A stretch of DNA of 64,000 nucleotides from an uncultured archaeon (GCA_963817525.1 CAWFOU010000007.1:928001-992000), one strand, 5' to 3'. Positions 18,289 to 28,301 are shown, numbered from the stretch's first letter. Numbers and translations: made by a program. The notes: generated by a model not told the origin, from the letters alone.

Positions 18289-18460
18289 CGGAATGTGAAG
18301 CCTAGCATGAAGATTAAGGGGTTAGCAAGGATGTTACGATATATTCTTCCGAAGGCTTGTGCAGAAATTTGAATACAGAGTCATCTTCTAGTGGACGGTC
18401 GCTCGGAGAGGCGCTCCGCCCACGTAAGGCAGATAAGCCGAGCATAGGGAGCGCAACCCT

Positions 18461-19522
18461 ATGGGAGAGAAGGCGACCGTCCTCGTCACCGCTGCGGGCG
18501 GTATAATCGGAGAGGGGATCATCAAGTCCCTGCGCCTCGCCAACTCGAAGCGCGGGCCCGTCTCCTACAAGATCCTCGCGGCTGACGCCGACCCTCGGGC
18601 GGCCGGTCTTTACAGGGCTGACGAGGGCTTCCTGGTACCGGGGGCCTCCTCCCCGGACTATATCGATCGCCTCGTCAAGCTGGCGAAAGCCAACGGGGTG
18701 GACGCGATTTTCGTTGGGGCGGACGAGGAGCTGGCGCCCGTGGCGTCGGTGTCGGGCCGCATCGCGAAGGAGAGCGGGGCGGTGCCCATCTCGAATCAGG
18801 CGGAGACAATCGCCATCGGCTCGGACAAGTGGAGGACATACGAGTTCATGAAGCGGAACGGACTGCCGTGCGCGGAGTCAGCCAAGCCTGAAGACAAAGA
18901 GCGTTTCGTCAAAGAGTTCCACTATCCCGTCGTCGTGAAGCCCAGGGAAGGGCACGGGTCGGAGCACTTCTACTTGGCCGGAGGGAGGGACGAGCTGGAC
19001 CAGGCCGTCGTAGCGATTCGTGCAAAGGGGTGGCACCCGATGCTGCAAGAGCACTTGGCCGATGGAGACAATGAGTTCACCACGGGAGTGACCGTGAGCA
19101 GGGGCACCCAGGTCATGTCTTCGATCGCCATGAAGAGGACCCTGAAGGGCGGCCAGACATACAAGGCGTTCATCGACGACTTCCCCGACGTCCGTAGCGC
19201 TGCGGAGGAGGTCGCCCTCCGGCTGGGTGGGTCGGGGCCAATCAACGTCCAGGCTAGGATGGACAAAGACGAACCAAAGGCCTTCGAGATAAACCCCCGC
19301 CTCTCCGCCTCCTGCCCCCTTCGCGCCGTCGCAGGGGTGAACGAGCCCGACATCCTCTATCGCAACTTTGTCCTCGGCGAGGCGATTCGGAGGGAGGGCT
19401 ACGAAAAGCTGGTCTGCCTGAGGTACTGGAACGAGGTCTACGTGCCATACGTCGACTACGAGCGGGCGCGAAAGACCGGGAAGGTTCGGACCTCGGGCTC
19501 GTGGATACCCGGCTATTTCTAG
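18461..19522 (+). CDS. ATP-grasp amide ligase (CPS-like, polysaccharide-locus type)
   Basis: VLVTAAGG, DKWRTY, PVVVKPREGHGS, QEHL, INVQ, FEINPRLS. Confidence 0.88.
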   Translation: MGEKATVLVTAAGGIIGEGIIKSLRLANSKRGPVSYKILAADADPRAAGLYRADEGFLVPGASSPDYIDRLVKLAKANGVDAIFVGADEELAPVASVSGRIAKESGAVPISNQAETIAIGSDKWRTYEFMKRNGLPCAESAKPEDKERFVKEFHYPVVVKPREGHGSEHFYLAGGRDELDQAVVAIRAKGWHPMLQEHLADGDNEFTTGVTVSRGTQVMSSIAMKRTLKGGQTYKAFIDDFPDVRSAAEEVALRLGGSGPINVQARMDKDEPKAFEINPRLSASCPLRAVAGVNEPDILYRNFVLGEAIRREGYEKLVCLRYWNEVYVPYVDYERARKTGKVRTSGSWIPGYF

Positions 19523-19595
19523 TACTTTCCGAGTGATGATTCTTCTAGTAGACAGACGTGAATTCAGATAAGGGGTGACGTATACATAACGATGA

Positions 19596-21155
19596 ATGAA
19601 GAAGTCCCTTGTACTTCTCGCTGCGGCGGTGGCGATTGGTCTGTTGCTCGTGGTCGCATTCTTCGCGACGCCCTACTTCGGGAATACCGCCGCGCCTCGC
19701 TCGACGGTCCTGAGCCTGAAACAGTCAGGGGTCGAAAGCTACGACCCTGAGAACAACACGAACCTGCAATCGAGCAGCTTTTCCGGGGACGCAGGAAACG
19801 GGAGCTACACAGTCTTCGACGTCGCCTCCTATCTTCACATAGGCGTCAAGGCCCCCTCCAACGGTTCTTGGGCTGGCTACTACCAAGTGACGCCCAGCAC
19901 GTATGCCTCCCTGGTGCAAGCCACTCTGGTTGCCCCCGCTGGGAACCTGACGGGCTATTTCACGAACGGCATCTATGTCCAGGCTTCTAATCAGGTGCTG
20001 AATTATGTGACCTGCGTGTCCGTGACCAACTCCACTGGTACGTTCTGGATGGTCGTGCACGCGAGCAAGAACGGAGACTCGGCTTCTAATCCCACCACCT
20101 ACGACACCCTCTGGCACGACCCGTCCGAACACCAGTCGCCTATCCGCGACTGTGAGATCATCACGAACGGCCAGAACGCGCTGGAGGTCTACCTTGACCA
20201 CAACATTGTGTACCAAAGCAACTCGCTCTCGCTTGGGATACAACAGCCCTTCAATTTCTTCGTCGGGGTCGAGTCTGAGTACGCGCAACAGCTGACATAT
20301 GGGTCGTCGAGCGACTTTTACGTGACCAACGGCGACGCCGTGAATGTGACCGGCCTCCCCAGCAGCGCGGCCTTCGCGGAGATCGTGGACAGCCACGGGT
20401 ACGTCCTCGCTAGCGCCCCGGTGGCGTCCGGTAAGGCATCGATCAACCTCGGCGGGAGTTCGTTCCCGCTCGTGGGCTACATCGAGGTCTTCGACAAGGC
20501 CCCAACGGCAATCAACGACAGCTCAGGCGAGTTGGCGTCGACTGCGAGCGAGGTGAGCATCTTCGGCGGAGACGTATATGCGCTAGGGCCGAACCCCTCG
20601 ACGACCTCGCAGCTCACGGTCAATCCTGAGGACACGAACGGCAACGAGCTCAATGGCTACTACACCGTACTCATGAAGAACGGTGTGCAGGTGGCCGCGG
20701 GCTACAGCCCGACGAGCTTCACCCTCGAGACCGGTCAGACCTATACGGTGGAGATCTCAGACTATGGCAGCTACGTCTTCGACCACTGGAGCACCGGCTC
20801 GGCTTCGAGGATCATGCAAATATCGATCTCCGGCGACACGTCGATTAACGCGATATTCAGGGAAGCGAAGAGCCCTCCGCCGAGCGGGCAATCTTTGATC
20901 TACGTGAGCGCGGTCAACTCAACTGGCGGCGCCATAACCGGGATCTACAGCACCCTGTGGCAGAACGGGTTCATGGTAGCCCAGGCTTACTCTCCCACCT
21001 CGTTCGTGGTGAACAACGACGCCACGTATCAGGTCACGATGTCGAACTTCGGGTCAAACACGTTCGTCAATTGGCAGGGCGGGTCCAATGACACGTTCGA
21101 CTCGGTCACCACGGGGACTGGCACGTCGACCTACCTGGTAGCTGTCTACAAGTAA
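19596..21155 (+). CDS. Secreted/anchored surface protein with two C-terminal ~85-aa beta-sandwich repeats
   Basis: N-terminal signal/TM; many N-x-S/T sequons; repeats with G(Y/I)Y..L..NG...YSPTSF...YxV.(D/N)(Y/F)GS..F..W. Confidence 0.75.
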   Translation: MKKSLVLLAAAVAIGLLLVVAFFATPYFGNTAAPRSTVLSLKQSGVESYDPENNTNLQSSSFSGDAGNGSYTVFDVASYLHIGVKAPSNGSWAGYYQVTPSTYASLVQATLVAPAGNLTGYFTNGIYVQASNQVLNYVTCVSVTNSTGTFWMVVHASKNGDSASNPTTYDTLWHDPSEHQSPIRDCEIITNGQNALEVYLDHNIVYQSNSLSLGIQQPFNFFVGVESEYAQQLTYGSSSDFYVTNGDAVNVTGLPSSAAFAEIVDSHGYVLASAPVASGKASINLGGSSFPLVGYIEVFDKAPTAINDSSGELASTASEVSIFGGDVYALGPNPSTTSQLTVNPEDTNGNELNGYYTVLMKNGVQVAAGYSPTSFTLETGQTYTVEISDYGSYVFDHWSTGSASRIMQISISGDTSINAIFREAKSPPPSGQSLIYVSAVNSTGGAITGIYSTLWQNGFMVAQAYSPTSFVVNNDATYQVTMSNFGSNTFVNWQGGSNDTFDSVTTGTGTSTYLVAVYK

Positions 21156-21668
21156 GAGCCACTGGCCTTGGCAAGGGGCCAGGTGGATAATAGGGTAAAT
21201 GAAGCGCTGGAGAGCGCCTAGGCCCTACTCCACTCCATGACGGAGAGCGCCAACGACGAGCGGGCGAAGCGGGCTCCCGGGCTCGCGAAATCGCTTGACG
21301 GGCAATTCGGGGACGCGGTAAGGATGTTCGCATAGACGCTGATGACCAGAGACCGGGGGACCAGGGGCGACCGGCTAGCCCTCCTCCGATCCTACAAGAC
21401 GCCCGTCGAGGCCCCGGGGGCCTATATCGTGGGCAAAGCAAAGTACCTAGCAGCCAAGCAGCCGTGGACCCTCTGGCAGGAAGCGGTCGCACGCGCTCGG
21501 TTCGTGGAGATGAGCGCAATCTTTCATGCGTCCAGCGTGCCCGTTTCCGTCGGAGACCATGGCGGCTACAAGCAATCGTGGTTGCGAGCGCCTCGACTCG
21601 GCAGTGCGTCCGAAAGAGATCCCTCCTCGGTTAAGCCAAGTCCTTCGCCGCCTCGTGGGGCGGCGCAA

Positions 21669-23327
21669 TCACATGAACCGCGCGAAGAATATGCTTGCGG
21701 CCCGACCGATGTTCGCCCCCACGTAGATGGTCGAGAGCGCGGCGACCGTTGCCGTTGCCAGCAGGTAGGCCATCTCTATGTTCTGGAAACCCGTGTGGGC
21801 GAGCACGAGCCCTCCAACGAGCACGACGAGCGCCCCCACCATCGCGATTATCGCCAGTCCCATCATCCTGTTCATGAACAACATGAAGACGCCGTTGGCG
21901 AAGAACACCACGAGCAATACGTTCGCGAAGGAGGCGATGTGAAGGATCTGGAGGCTCGTGGGGTTCAGCGCCGTCGCGGGCAGGAGCCTCGGCGCCAGCA
22001 AGTCCAAGGCCGCGGCCACCGCGACGGCCGAGGCCACAGAGGCGACCATCACCATCCTGTATCGCGAGAGCAGAAAGGGCTGAATCTTGTCAGCCTCAGA
22101 GACGGAGTACTCCAAGGTGGCGTTGCTCACCTGGGCAAAGACGGGGCTCATCATCGCGTACTGGATGATCAACGCGGGGAAGATCACCAGGAGCGCCGGA
22201 TCTGCCCCCAGGTGATAGACGGTGTTAAAGACGAAGGGCAGAGCTACACCGTCAGCCGTCTTTATGGGGTTGAAGAACCAAGAGAGGACCCTGTCACCGA
22301 ATATCAGGACGAAGAAGAAAGCCCCGTAGAGGTAGTTGGGCAGCGTCTCCCACAGCTGGACTGAGAACCTTGATCTTATGGTGCTCTTGTTGGTCGTGCT
22401 ATGCCTGAAGAACGAGGGTGCGCCGCTCTCGAGCCGGAACGAGTCTCCCTTCAAGAGCTTGAGCTGGTCGTAGAAGGCGAACGACGAGAGGATAGCAAGG
22501 GCTGCGAAGAGCGCATAGAAGTAGCGGGTGACGTCGTTCGGTATCAGGGCGCCCATCTCGAAGTAAACGAGAATCAGGGCTGAGAAGGCGAGCGAATACG
22601 AGACCACGAGTTGCACCATCTTCCTGAGCGTGTAGATGATGGCGTAGATCACCCTCTGCAGGGAGACCCCGATGAGGCTTATCATCCCGATCTCGAACAG
22701 GCCGATGGGGAAGCTCGTCAGCACCGCGAGGGCGTATAGCCCCCCCACGGTCACCGCGAGGACGGCCCCCACCACGAGATAGGCCCTCTTCAAGACTCGC
22801 CTCGCCTCCGCCAGGTTGCCTTGGTTGTGATAGAAGGCGAAGAACCTGTTGAAGCCTTGCAGAGGCCCTTCCGTGATGAAAATACCCGCAAACAGGCCTG
22901 CCATGAAGACTGTCGTGACCTTCAACGGGAGGAGGAGAGACAGCCACAGCGACACTCCGGCGATGAAGAGCAACAGGAGCGCCCCGACCCATCCGAACGA
23001 TAGCGCCAAGCCCTCCCCGATCCGCCTGGCGGTCGTGGGAAGCTTCACGTAGGACTCGTGGGAGCTGGGGTGGGCCTCCTCGCCGCCGTCGAGGATGTCG
23101 ACGAACTCGTAGATCTCTCGAGAGACTTCGTTGAGGTCGTCGAACCCGTTCCGTTGCGCGTCCTGCTTCGTGTATCCGAGGACCTCGAGGAAGACCATCA
23201 CGTCGGCGACGTTGTTCACCCTGGGTTGCAGTTCGGCGATCGACCTCGCCGCCTTCATGACGAACGCCCTGGACTCTACCGACCCCGAGCTCGCCTCCGG
23301 AGATGACTCCTCCAGCCCCATGGGCAA
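21669..23327 (-). CDS. PelG-like polysaccharide exporter (Wzx/MATE-like, about 12 TM)
   Basis: Multi-TM topology; YGAFFFVLIFGDRVLSWF resembles the PelG G.F....W.DK...W segment; last gene of the PelF-epimerase operon. Confidence 0.65.
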   Translation of the reverse strand: MPMGLEESSPEASSGSVESRAFVMKAARSIAELQPRVNNVADVMVFLEVLGYTKQDAQRNGFDDLNEVSREIYEFVDILDGGEEAHPSSHESYVKLPTTARRIGEGLALSFGWVGALLLLFIAGVSLWLSLLLPLKVTTVFMAGLFAGIFITEGPLQGFNRFFAFYHNQGNLAEARRVLKRAYLVVGAVLAVTVGGLYALAVLTSFPIGLFEIGMISLIGVSLQRVIYAIIYTLRKMVQLVVSYSLAFSALILVYFEMGALIPNDVTRYFYALFAALAILSSFAFYDQLKLLKGDSFRLESGAPSFFRHSTTNKSTIRSRFSVQLWETLPNYLYGAFFFVLIFGDRVLSWFFNPIKTADGVALPFVFNTVYHLGADPALLVIFPALIIQYAMMSPVFAQVSNATLEYSVSEADKIQPFLLSRYRMVMVASVASAVAVAAALDLLAPRLLPATALNPTSLQILHIASFANVLLVVFFANGVFMLFMNRMMGLAIIAMVGALVVLVGGLVLAHTGFQNIEMAYLLATATVAALSTIYVGANIGRAASIFFARFM

Positions 23328-23328
23328 A

Positions 23329-24306
23329 CTACCGTCTCTGCCCTTGCTGGATTTGGAGCTCGAGCCTGGACGCCATGTAGCGCATCAGCTCGTCCAGCCC
23401 TTGCTCCATGGAGACGCTCCTCCTGTAGCGCAGGACGGACTCGATCTTCTCTATCGAGGACATCCCGAACCGCACATCTCCCGGCCTGGATGGAGCGAAC
23501 GTATGTGGTAGCTCCCGGGCGTGGGCTATCGTCTTTAGGATCTCCAGCAACTCCAGTATGCTCGTGGACCGCCCCGAGGCCACGTTGAAGACCTGGCCCA
23601 CCGCCGCGTCGTCCTCCATGGCCAGCATGTTCGCTTGCACGATGTCTCTCACGTTCACGAAGTCGCGCACCTGTCTCCCGTCGCCGTACACCGTGACGGG
23701 CTCTCGACGGAGTATGGCGTTGACGAAGAGCGTTATCACGCCGCTGTAGTCGCTCATGGCCTGCCTAGGCCCGTAGACGTTGAAGTATCTCAGCATCACG
23801 CCCTCGAGACCATACGTCTGGCGGTATGCGTGAACGTAGTTCTCGACGCACATCTTCGACGCCCCGTAGGGAGAGGACGGGTAGCAGAGGAGGTCTTCCT
23901 TCGCTTTCACGTCTCCCACCGCCCCGTAGACTGCGGCCGACGAGGCGAAGACGAACCTCCTGATCTTCTTCGCGAGGCAGAAGTTCATCATCTGGAGGCT
24001 CATGTTCACGTTCGCATCGTGGACGACCATCGGCTCTTTGACCGACCGCAGGACGTTCGCGATCGCCGCTTCATGGAAGAGGACGTCAATGTGGTGAACC
24101 CCGGCCAGTAGCTGGTCAATCTTTCTCCCGTCCCCGACGACGACGTGCAGGAGGTCGCTTCCCTCGTGCTGGCTCAGGTTCTCGAGCTTCCCCGTGCTGA
24201 GGTCGTCGACCACGTATGTCTCCACCCTTCTCCGGATCAGCTCGTCGACGATGTGGCTCCCTATGAACCCGGCCCCTCCCGTAACCACAGCTCTGGAGGC
24301 CTTCAT
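23329..24306 (-). CDS. NAD-dependent UDP-HexNAc 4-epimerase (PelX/WbpP-like)
   Basis: True start ATG 24306 (ATGA overlap with pelF stop); VTGGAGFIGSH, SSAAVYG, PYGASK, RYFNVYGPRQ...YSGVI. Confidence 0.88.
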   Translation of the reverse strand: MKASRAVVTGGAGFIGSHIVDELIRRRVETYVVDDLSTGKLENLSQHEGSDLLHVVVGDGRKIDQLLAGVHHIDVLFHEAAIANVLRSVKEPMVVHDANVNMSLQMMNFCLAKKIRRFVFASSAAVYGAVGDVKAKEDLLCYPSSPYGASKMCVENYVHAYRQTYGLEGVMLRYFNVYGPRQAMSDYSGVITLFVNAILRREPVTVYGDGRQVRDFVNVRDIVQANMLAMEDDAAVGQVFNVASGRSTSILELLEILKTIAHARELPHTFAPSRPGDVRFGMSSIEKIESVLRYRRSVSMEQGLDELMRYMASRLELQIQQGQRR

Positions 24307-25793
24307 CGAGTGACCACCAGTTCGCTGTCGGGCCGAGCGGTGAGGACTGCGCCGGGCGCGAGCAGCTCTTCGTACAACCTCCGGTAGAGGTCGGTCGAAG
24401 TGGAGAGCTCGAAATTGTCCCTCGCCTTCTTCATAGCGGCCTCCCCCAGGCGCTTCCTTAGGGGCACGTCCTTGAGGAGCGTCACGATAGCCCTGCCCAA
24501 CTCCGTGGAGTTCCTGCTCCGCACCAGGATGCCGCATCCCTCGACGGCCTCCCTCGTCCCCCCCACGTCCGTGGCGACGACGGGCTTGCCGCATGCCATC
24601 GCCTCGATGGCCGCGAACGGGAACGCCTCGGTGATGCTGCTCATGGCGACAACGTCGCCGGTGTTGTACGCCTTCTCGGGCTCGTTCGTCCTGCCCATGA
24701 ACTGGACGTTGCCCTCGAGCTTCAGGTCCTTGACGGTCTTCACGCACTTCTTTGAATACTCAAGGTCGAAAGACTCGCCGTAGATCAAGCACATGACGTC
24801 CGGGATCTCCTTCCTGACGCCGTCCATCGCCGTGATCAGATTGACCAGGTCCTTGAAGATCTCGATCCTCCCCACGTAGACGACCACCGGGCGCGTGGTC
24901 TTCCTTGGCACCGCGATCGGCCTGAAGCGCTTCGTGTCAATCCCGTTGTAGATCACCCTGATCTTCTTCGCCGGGACTCCGAGGCGTAGCTCCCACTCGG
25001 TGTTGGCGTTACAGACAGGCGCCACGATGTCGGCCACCGAGTAAACCGTCTTCACGATGTTCATCGCGACCACCTTCATCATCACCTTCGATGCCTCGTC
25101 GTATGTGTACCCGTTGTAGTAGAGCAGCAACTCCCTGAACGCCACTCCGTGCTCCGTCACTATCACAGGGCATCCGCTCTCGGCCTTTGCGACGATCGCG
25201 ACCAGAGAGGGCGTCCACGCTAGGGCGCAGTGGACGAGGTCTACCTTGGGCAGGTCAACGGAGAGGGTCTGCATCACCCGCTGCAGCATCTGGTAGGCGA
25301 GGAGGGCCTCGTTGAGGCTCATCTCCCTATAGACCTGGTCCTCCCGGAGGATCCTCAGGAATCCCTCCCAGGCAGCCGGGCTCTCCACGCACTTCTTGTA
25401 GTCGAAGGTCCTGAAGAGCCTGTGAAGCTCAAGAATCGACTCTGAGACCTCCGAGGGCTGACATTCAGAAGAGATTATCCTTGAGACGAAGCGGAGGAAG
25501 CGCGGGATGAACTGCTCTTCGACCGCCGCCTGCGACGTAACGAGCACCCGCCCCAGAAAAGGCCTGTCGGAGAACTCCTCGTACCTGCTGGCCCCGAAGA
25601 GAGGCAGCGAGATCACTTTCGTGACGTTCTTCGGGACTCTGAAGGCTCCGTTGGAGTTCGAGTTGGAGAGCTGGTTGTATACCACGAACTCCCAGTCGGT
25701 TAGCTTTTCGATGAGGGCCTTCTCCCATGTGAAGACGCCGCCCGTGGCGATGTTGGGATATCCGTCCCAGCTAACTAACAATACTTTTTTCAA
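24303..25793 (-). CDS. pelF: GT4 glycosyltransferase, PelF-like (DUF3492 + GT-B)
   Basis: DGYPNIATGGVFTW (PelF EGTYP..GGV..W), VTEHGVAFRE, VIYNGID, GRIEIFKDL, SITEAFPFAAIEAMACG, TDVGG. Confidence 0.85.
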   Translation of the reverse strand: MKKVLLVSWDGYPNIATGGVFTWEKALIEKLTDWEFVVYNQLSNSNSNGAFRVPKNVTKVISLPLFGASRYEEFSDRPFLGRVLVTSQAAVEEQFIPRFLRFVSRIISSECQPSEVSESILELHRLFRTFDYKKCVESPAAWEGFLRILREDQVYREMSLNEALLAYQMLQRVMQTLSVDLPKVDLVHCALAWTPSLVAIVAKAESGCPVIVTEHGVAFRELLLYYNGYTYDEASKVMMKVVAMNIVKTVYSVADIVAPVCNANTEWELRLGVPAKKIRVIYNGIDTKRFRPIAVPRKTTRPVVVYVGRIEIFKDLVNLITAMDGVRKEIPDVMCLIYGESFDLEYSKKCVKTVKDLKLEGNVQFMGRTNEPEKAYNTGDVVAMSSITEAFPFAAIEAMACGKPVVATDVGGTREAVEGCGILVRSRNSTELGRAIVTLLKDVPLRKRLGEAAMKKARDNFELSTSTDLYRRLYEELLAPGAVLTARPDSELVVTR

Positions 25794-26439
25794 CTGAAGG
25801 CCTCTTTCGCGTCCCGGCAGCCGATGTCGAGGAGACCGGCGCCTCCGGCTTGGACCCCCGCGCGTCCCTTAGACGGAGGAACCCCTCTATCGCGCCGTTT
25901 ACATCGGAAGTCTGAGGCAGCGCGAGACGGAAGGAGACAGCCCTTACCGCCGTGCTGCGCCTGATCCTGAGCACTCTGTCCAAAGTCTCGCTGGTGGCGA
26001 ACGGGCTCGACTTCCTCGCTAGAGAGGCGCACTTGTCGTAGATCTGAGTGGCCCTCTGGGCGTCGCCACCTACTATGAAGTAGTCGTGGGCCTCCTGCAT
26101 CAACCACAGCGCCTCCCGTATGGATTTCCCGAAGACCGCCTCGGCCTGCTCTTCGTACATCCTGGCCGTCTCGAAGTAGAGGTTGCGTGCCGCGTTATAG
26201 TTCCCCGTCTTCTCCAAACAGCTTGCAGCACAGGAGCAGCTCAGGGCGGCCCTGACATGGAGCCCCTTGCTCAGGCAGCCGGCGGCGTCGCGAAGATAGA
26301 GGACCGTCGCCTCCGCGAACCGCCCGTCCTCCTCCATCCCAGTCGCGGTGAGCCACAGGTTTGACGCGTCTGTGAGCTTGTCCTTCCATGTAGTAGCTTG
26401 CACGGCTTCCTGGAGCGCCGGGGAAGCCTTAAGGGCCAA
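25771..26439 (-). CDS. Alpha-helical TPR/SNAP-like protein, first gene of the pelF operon
   Basis: Ala-rich helical repeats (AASCLEKTGNYNAARNLYFETARMYE); 23-bp overlap with pelF. Confidence 0.6.
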   Translation of the reverse strand: MALKASPALQEAVQATTWKDKLTDASNLWLTATGMEEDGRFAEATVLYLRDAAGCLSKGLHVRAALSCSCAASCLEKTGNYNAARNLYFETARMYEEQAEAVFGKSIREALWLMQEAHDYFIVGGDAQRATQIYDKCASLARKSSPFATSETLDRVLRIRRSTAVRAVSFRLALPQTSDVNGAIEGFLRLRDARGSKPEAPVSSTSAAGTRKRPSVEKSIVS

Positions 26440-26543
26440 TCAAGTTTCTACAAGAGAAATCGTCTGGTGGATTCCTACTATCAGATTCCTACATGTCAAG
26501 GTTGCCTCAGCGACTAATGCACCGGGGAGTAACTATCCTCAGT

Positions 26544-28301
26544 TTGTGTTCTATTATCGGCTATATCGGGTCGATGGACGGCGCCCCGCTGCTGGTCAAG
26601 GCTCTGGAAAGGATGGAATACCGTGGATATGACAGCGCTGGCGTCGCGATGCTATCCGACGGCAGCATCCTCATGAAGAAGGGGGTCGGAAGGGTCGAGC
26701 AAGTCAACTCCTCCCAGATGCTCGAGCTTCTCCCGGGCAAGGTCGGGATAGGGCATACCAGGTGGGCCACGCACGGTGGCGTGACCGAGGTCAACGCGCA
26801 TCCTCACCTCTCCTGGTCCGGGAAGATAGCCATAGTGCACAACGGGATCATAGAGAACTACGAGGAGCTCAAGGCCGAGGTGGGACAGCGCGGCTACCTC
26901 TTCAGATCCGAGACCGACAGCGAAGTCATCGCGAACCTCTTGCAGTGCAACCGCGACCTCGGGATGACCGTCGACGAGGCGGTCATCGAGACTCTTAGAG
27001 AGCTGAAGGGTAAGTACGCCTTTGTCGCGCTCATGGACGATGGGACGCTCGTCGGAGCGAGGAGCCAAGCCCCCTTGATCCTCGGCATCGGGAAGAACGG
27101 CGCGTTCGTGTCAAGCGACATAATCGGGTTCGTCCAGGAGGCGGACGACGTAATCTATTTGGACAATGGCCAGTTCGTGTCGATCGACCACGAGAGGATC
27201 CGGATATCCGACTTCAGCGGCGCTCCGGTCGCGCAACGCGTGGTCAAGGTCTCGAAGGAGTTGGCGGACGCGGAGAAGGGGATCTACGTCCACTATACGT
27301 TGAAGGAGATAAACGACCAGCCCGATGTCCTCGCCAACGCCGGAGGACACTCCAGGGCGGAGCTCGATGTCCTCGCGGGGATGATCAAGCAAGCCGAGGT
27401 CGTCTACATAACCGGAAGCGGCAGCAGCTACAATGCGGCGCTATTTGGGAAGTATCTGTTTTCGCAGCACGCTGGCATAAGGGTCGAACCAATCATCTCG
27501 AGCGAGGCGCAGTTCTCCCCCATGTACCTCGACAATCGCTCTCTCTTGCTCGCCATCTCCCAGAGCGGCGAGAGCGCGGACGTGCTCGAGGCCGCCGCGA
27601 TAGCAAAGGAGCACGGCGCGATGGTCGCCTCGATAGTGAACGTGCCGACGTCCTCTCTGGCGCGCCTCTCCTCGATCTCCGTGAGCCTCAACTGCGGCCC
27701 AGAGGTCGGGGTCGCCGCGACGAAGAGCTTCACGTCCCAGCTCGCGGTGCTCTATGCGCTGAACGATATGCTGTGCGGTGGAAGCGATTATGACCTGCAA
27801 AGTGCTCCCTCCGCGATGTCAGAAATCCTCTCCGACACCCAGTCTATTCGCGAACTTGCGAAAGAACTCCAGGACATCACCGACCTGTATGTCCTCGGCG
27901 ACGGCGCCCACTACCTCATAGCTTGCGAGGCGGCCCTCAAGCTCAAGGAGCTCGCGTACGTCCATGCCGAGGCGATGCCCAGCGGCGAGCTGAAGCACGG
28001 CCCTCTTGCCCTCCTCGACTCCACATCGTACGTGCTGGTCTTCAACCCCTACGACTCTACATACTCGAACACGCTCGCATCCGCCCACGAGGCCAAGGCG
28101 CGCGGGGTCAAGGTGATAGGCGTCTCCGACAGGCCGAACGAGATCTACGACCACTGGATCAGGATCCCATACGTCGAGGAGCAGCTCTTCCCGATCGTGG
28201 AGATAGTCCCCATCCAGCTTCTGGCATACCACATGGCCGTGCAGCGGAAGGCCAACCCTGACTATCCAAGGAACCTCGCTAAATCTGTGACCGTAAAGTA
28301 G
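26544..28301 (+). CDS. glmS: Glutamine-fructose-6-phosphate aminotransferase
   Basis: TTG start at 26544 gives (M)CSIIG with catalytic Cys1; EYRGYDSAG, GHTRWATHG, SQSGES, ELKHGP, PRNLAKSVTVK. Confidence 0.96.
   Translation: MCSIIGYIGSMDGAPLLVKALERMEYRGYDSAGVAMLSDGSILMKKGVGRVEQVNSSQMLELLPGKVGIGHTRWATHGGVTEVNAHPHLSWSGKIAIVHNGIIENYEELKAEVGQRGYLFRSETDSEVIANLLQCNRDLGMTVDEAVIETLRELKGKYAFVALMDDGTLVGARSQAPLILGIGKNGAFVSSDIIGFVQEADDVIYLDNGQFVSIDHERIRISDFSGAPVAQRVVKVSKELADAEKGIYVHYTLKEINDQPDVLANAGGHSRAELDVLAGMIKQAEVVYITGSGSSYNAALFGKYLFSQHAGIRVEPIISSEAQFSPMYLDNRSLLLAISQSGESADVLEAAAIAKEHGAMVASIVNVPTSSLARLSSISVSLNCGPEVGVAATKSFTSQLAVLYALNDMLCGGSDYDLQSAPSAMSEILSDTQSIRELAKELQDITDLYVLGDGAHYLIACEAALKLKELAYVHAEAMPSGELKHGPLALLDSTSYVLVFNPYDSTYSNTLASAHEAKARGVKVIGVSDRPNEIYDHWIRIPYVEEQLFPIVEIVPIQLLAYHMAVQRKANPDYPRNLAKSVTVK

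Noticed and set aside
21160-21668. Possible gene remnant downstream of the PelG-like gene
   Set aside because: Only a short KIALIST-like fragment; no convincing ORF or family signal.
24307-24747. Apparent 147-aa N-terminal extension of the epimerase
   Set aside because: It overlaps pelF in another frame. The ATGA overlap at 24303-24306 marks the real start.
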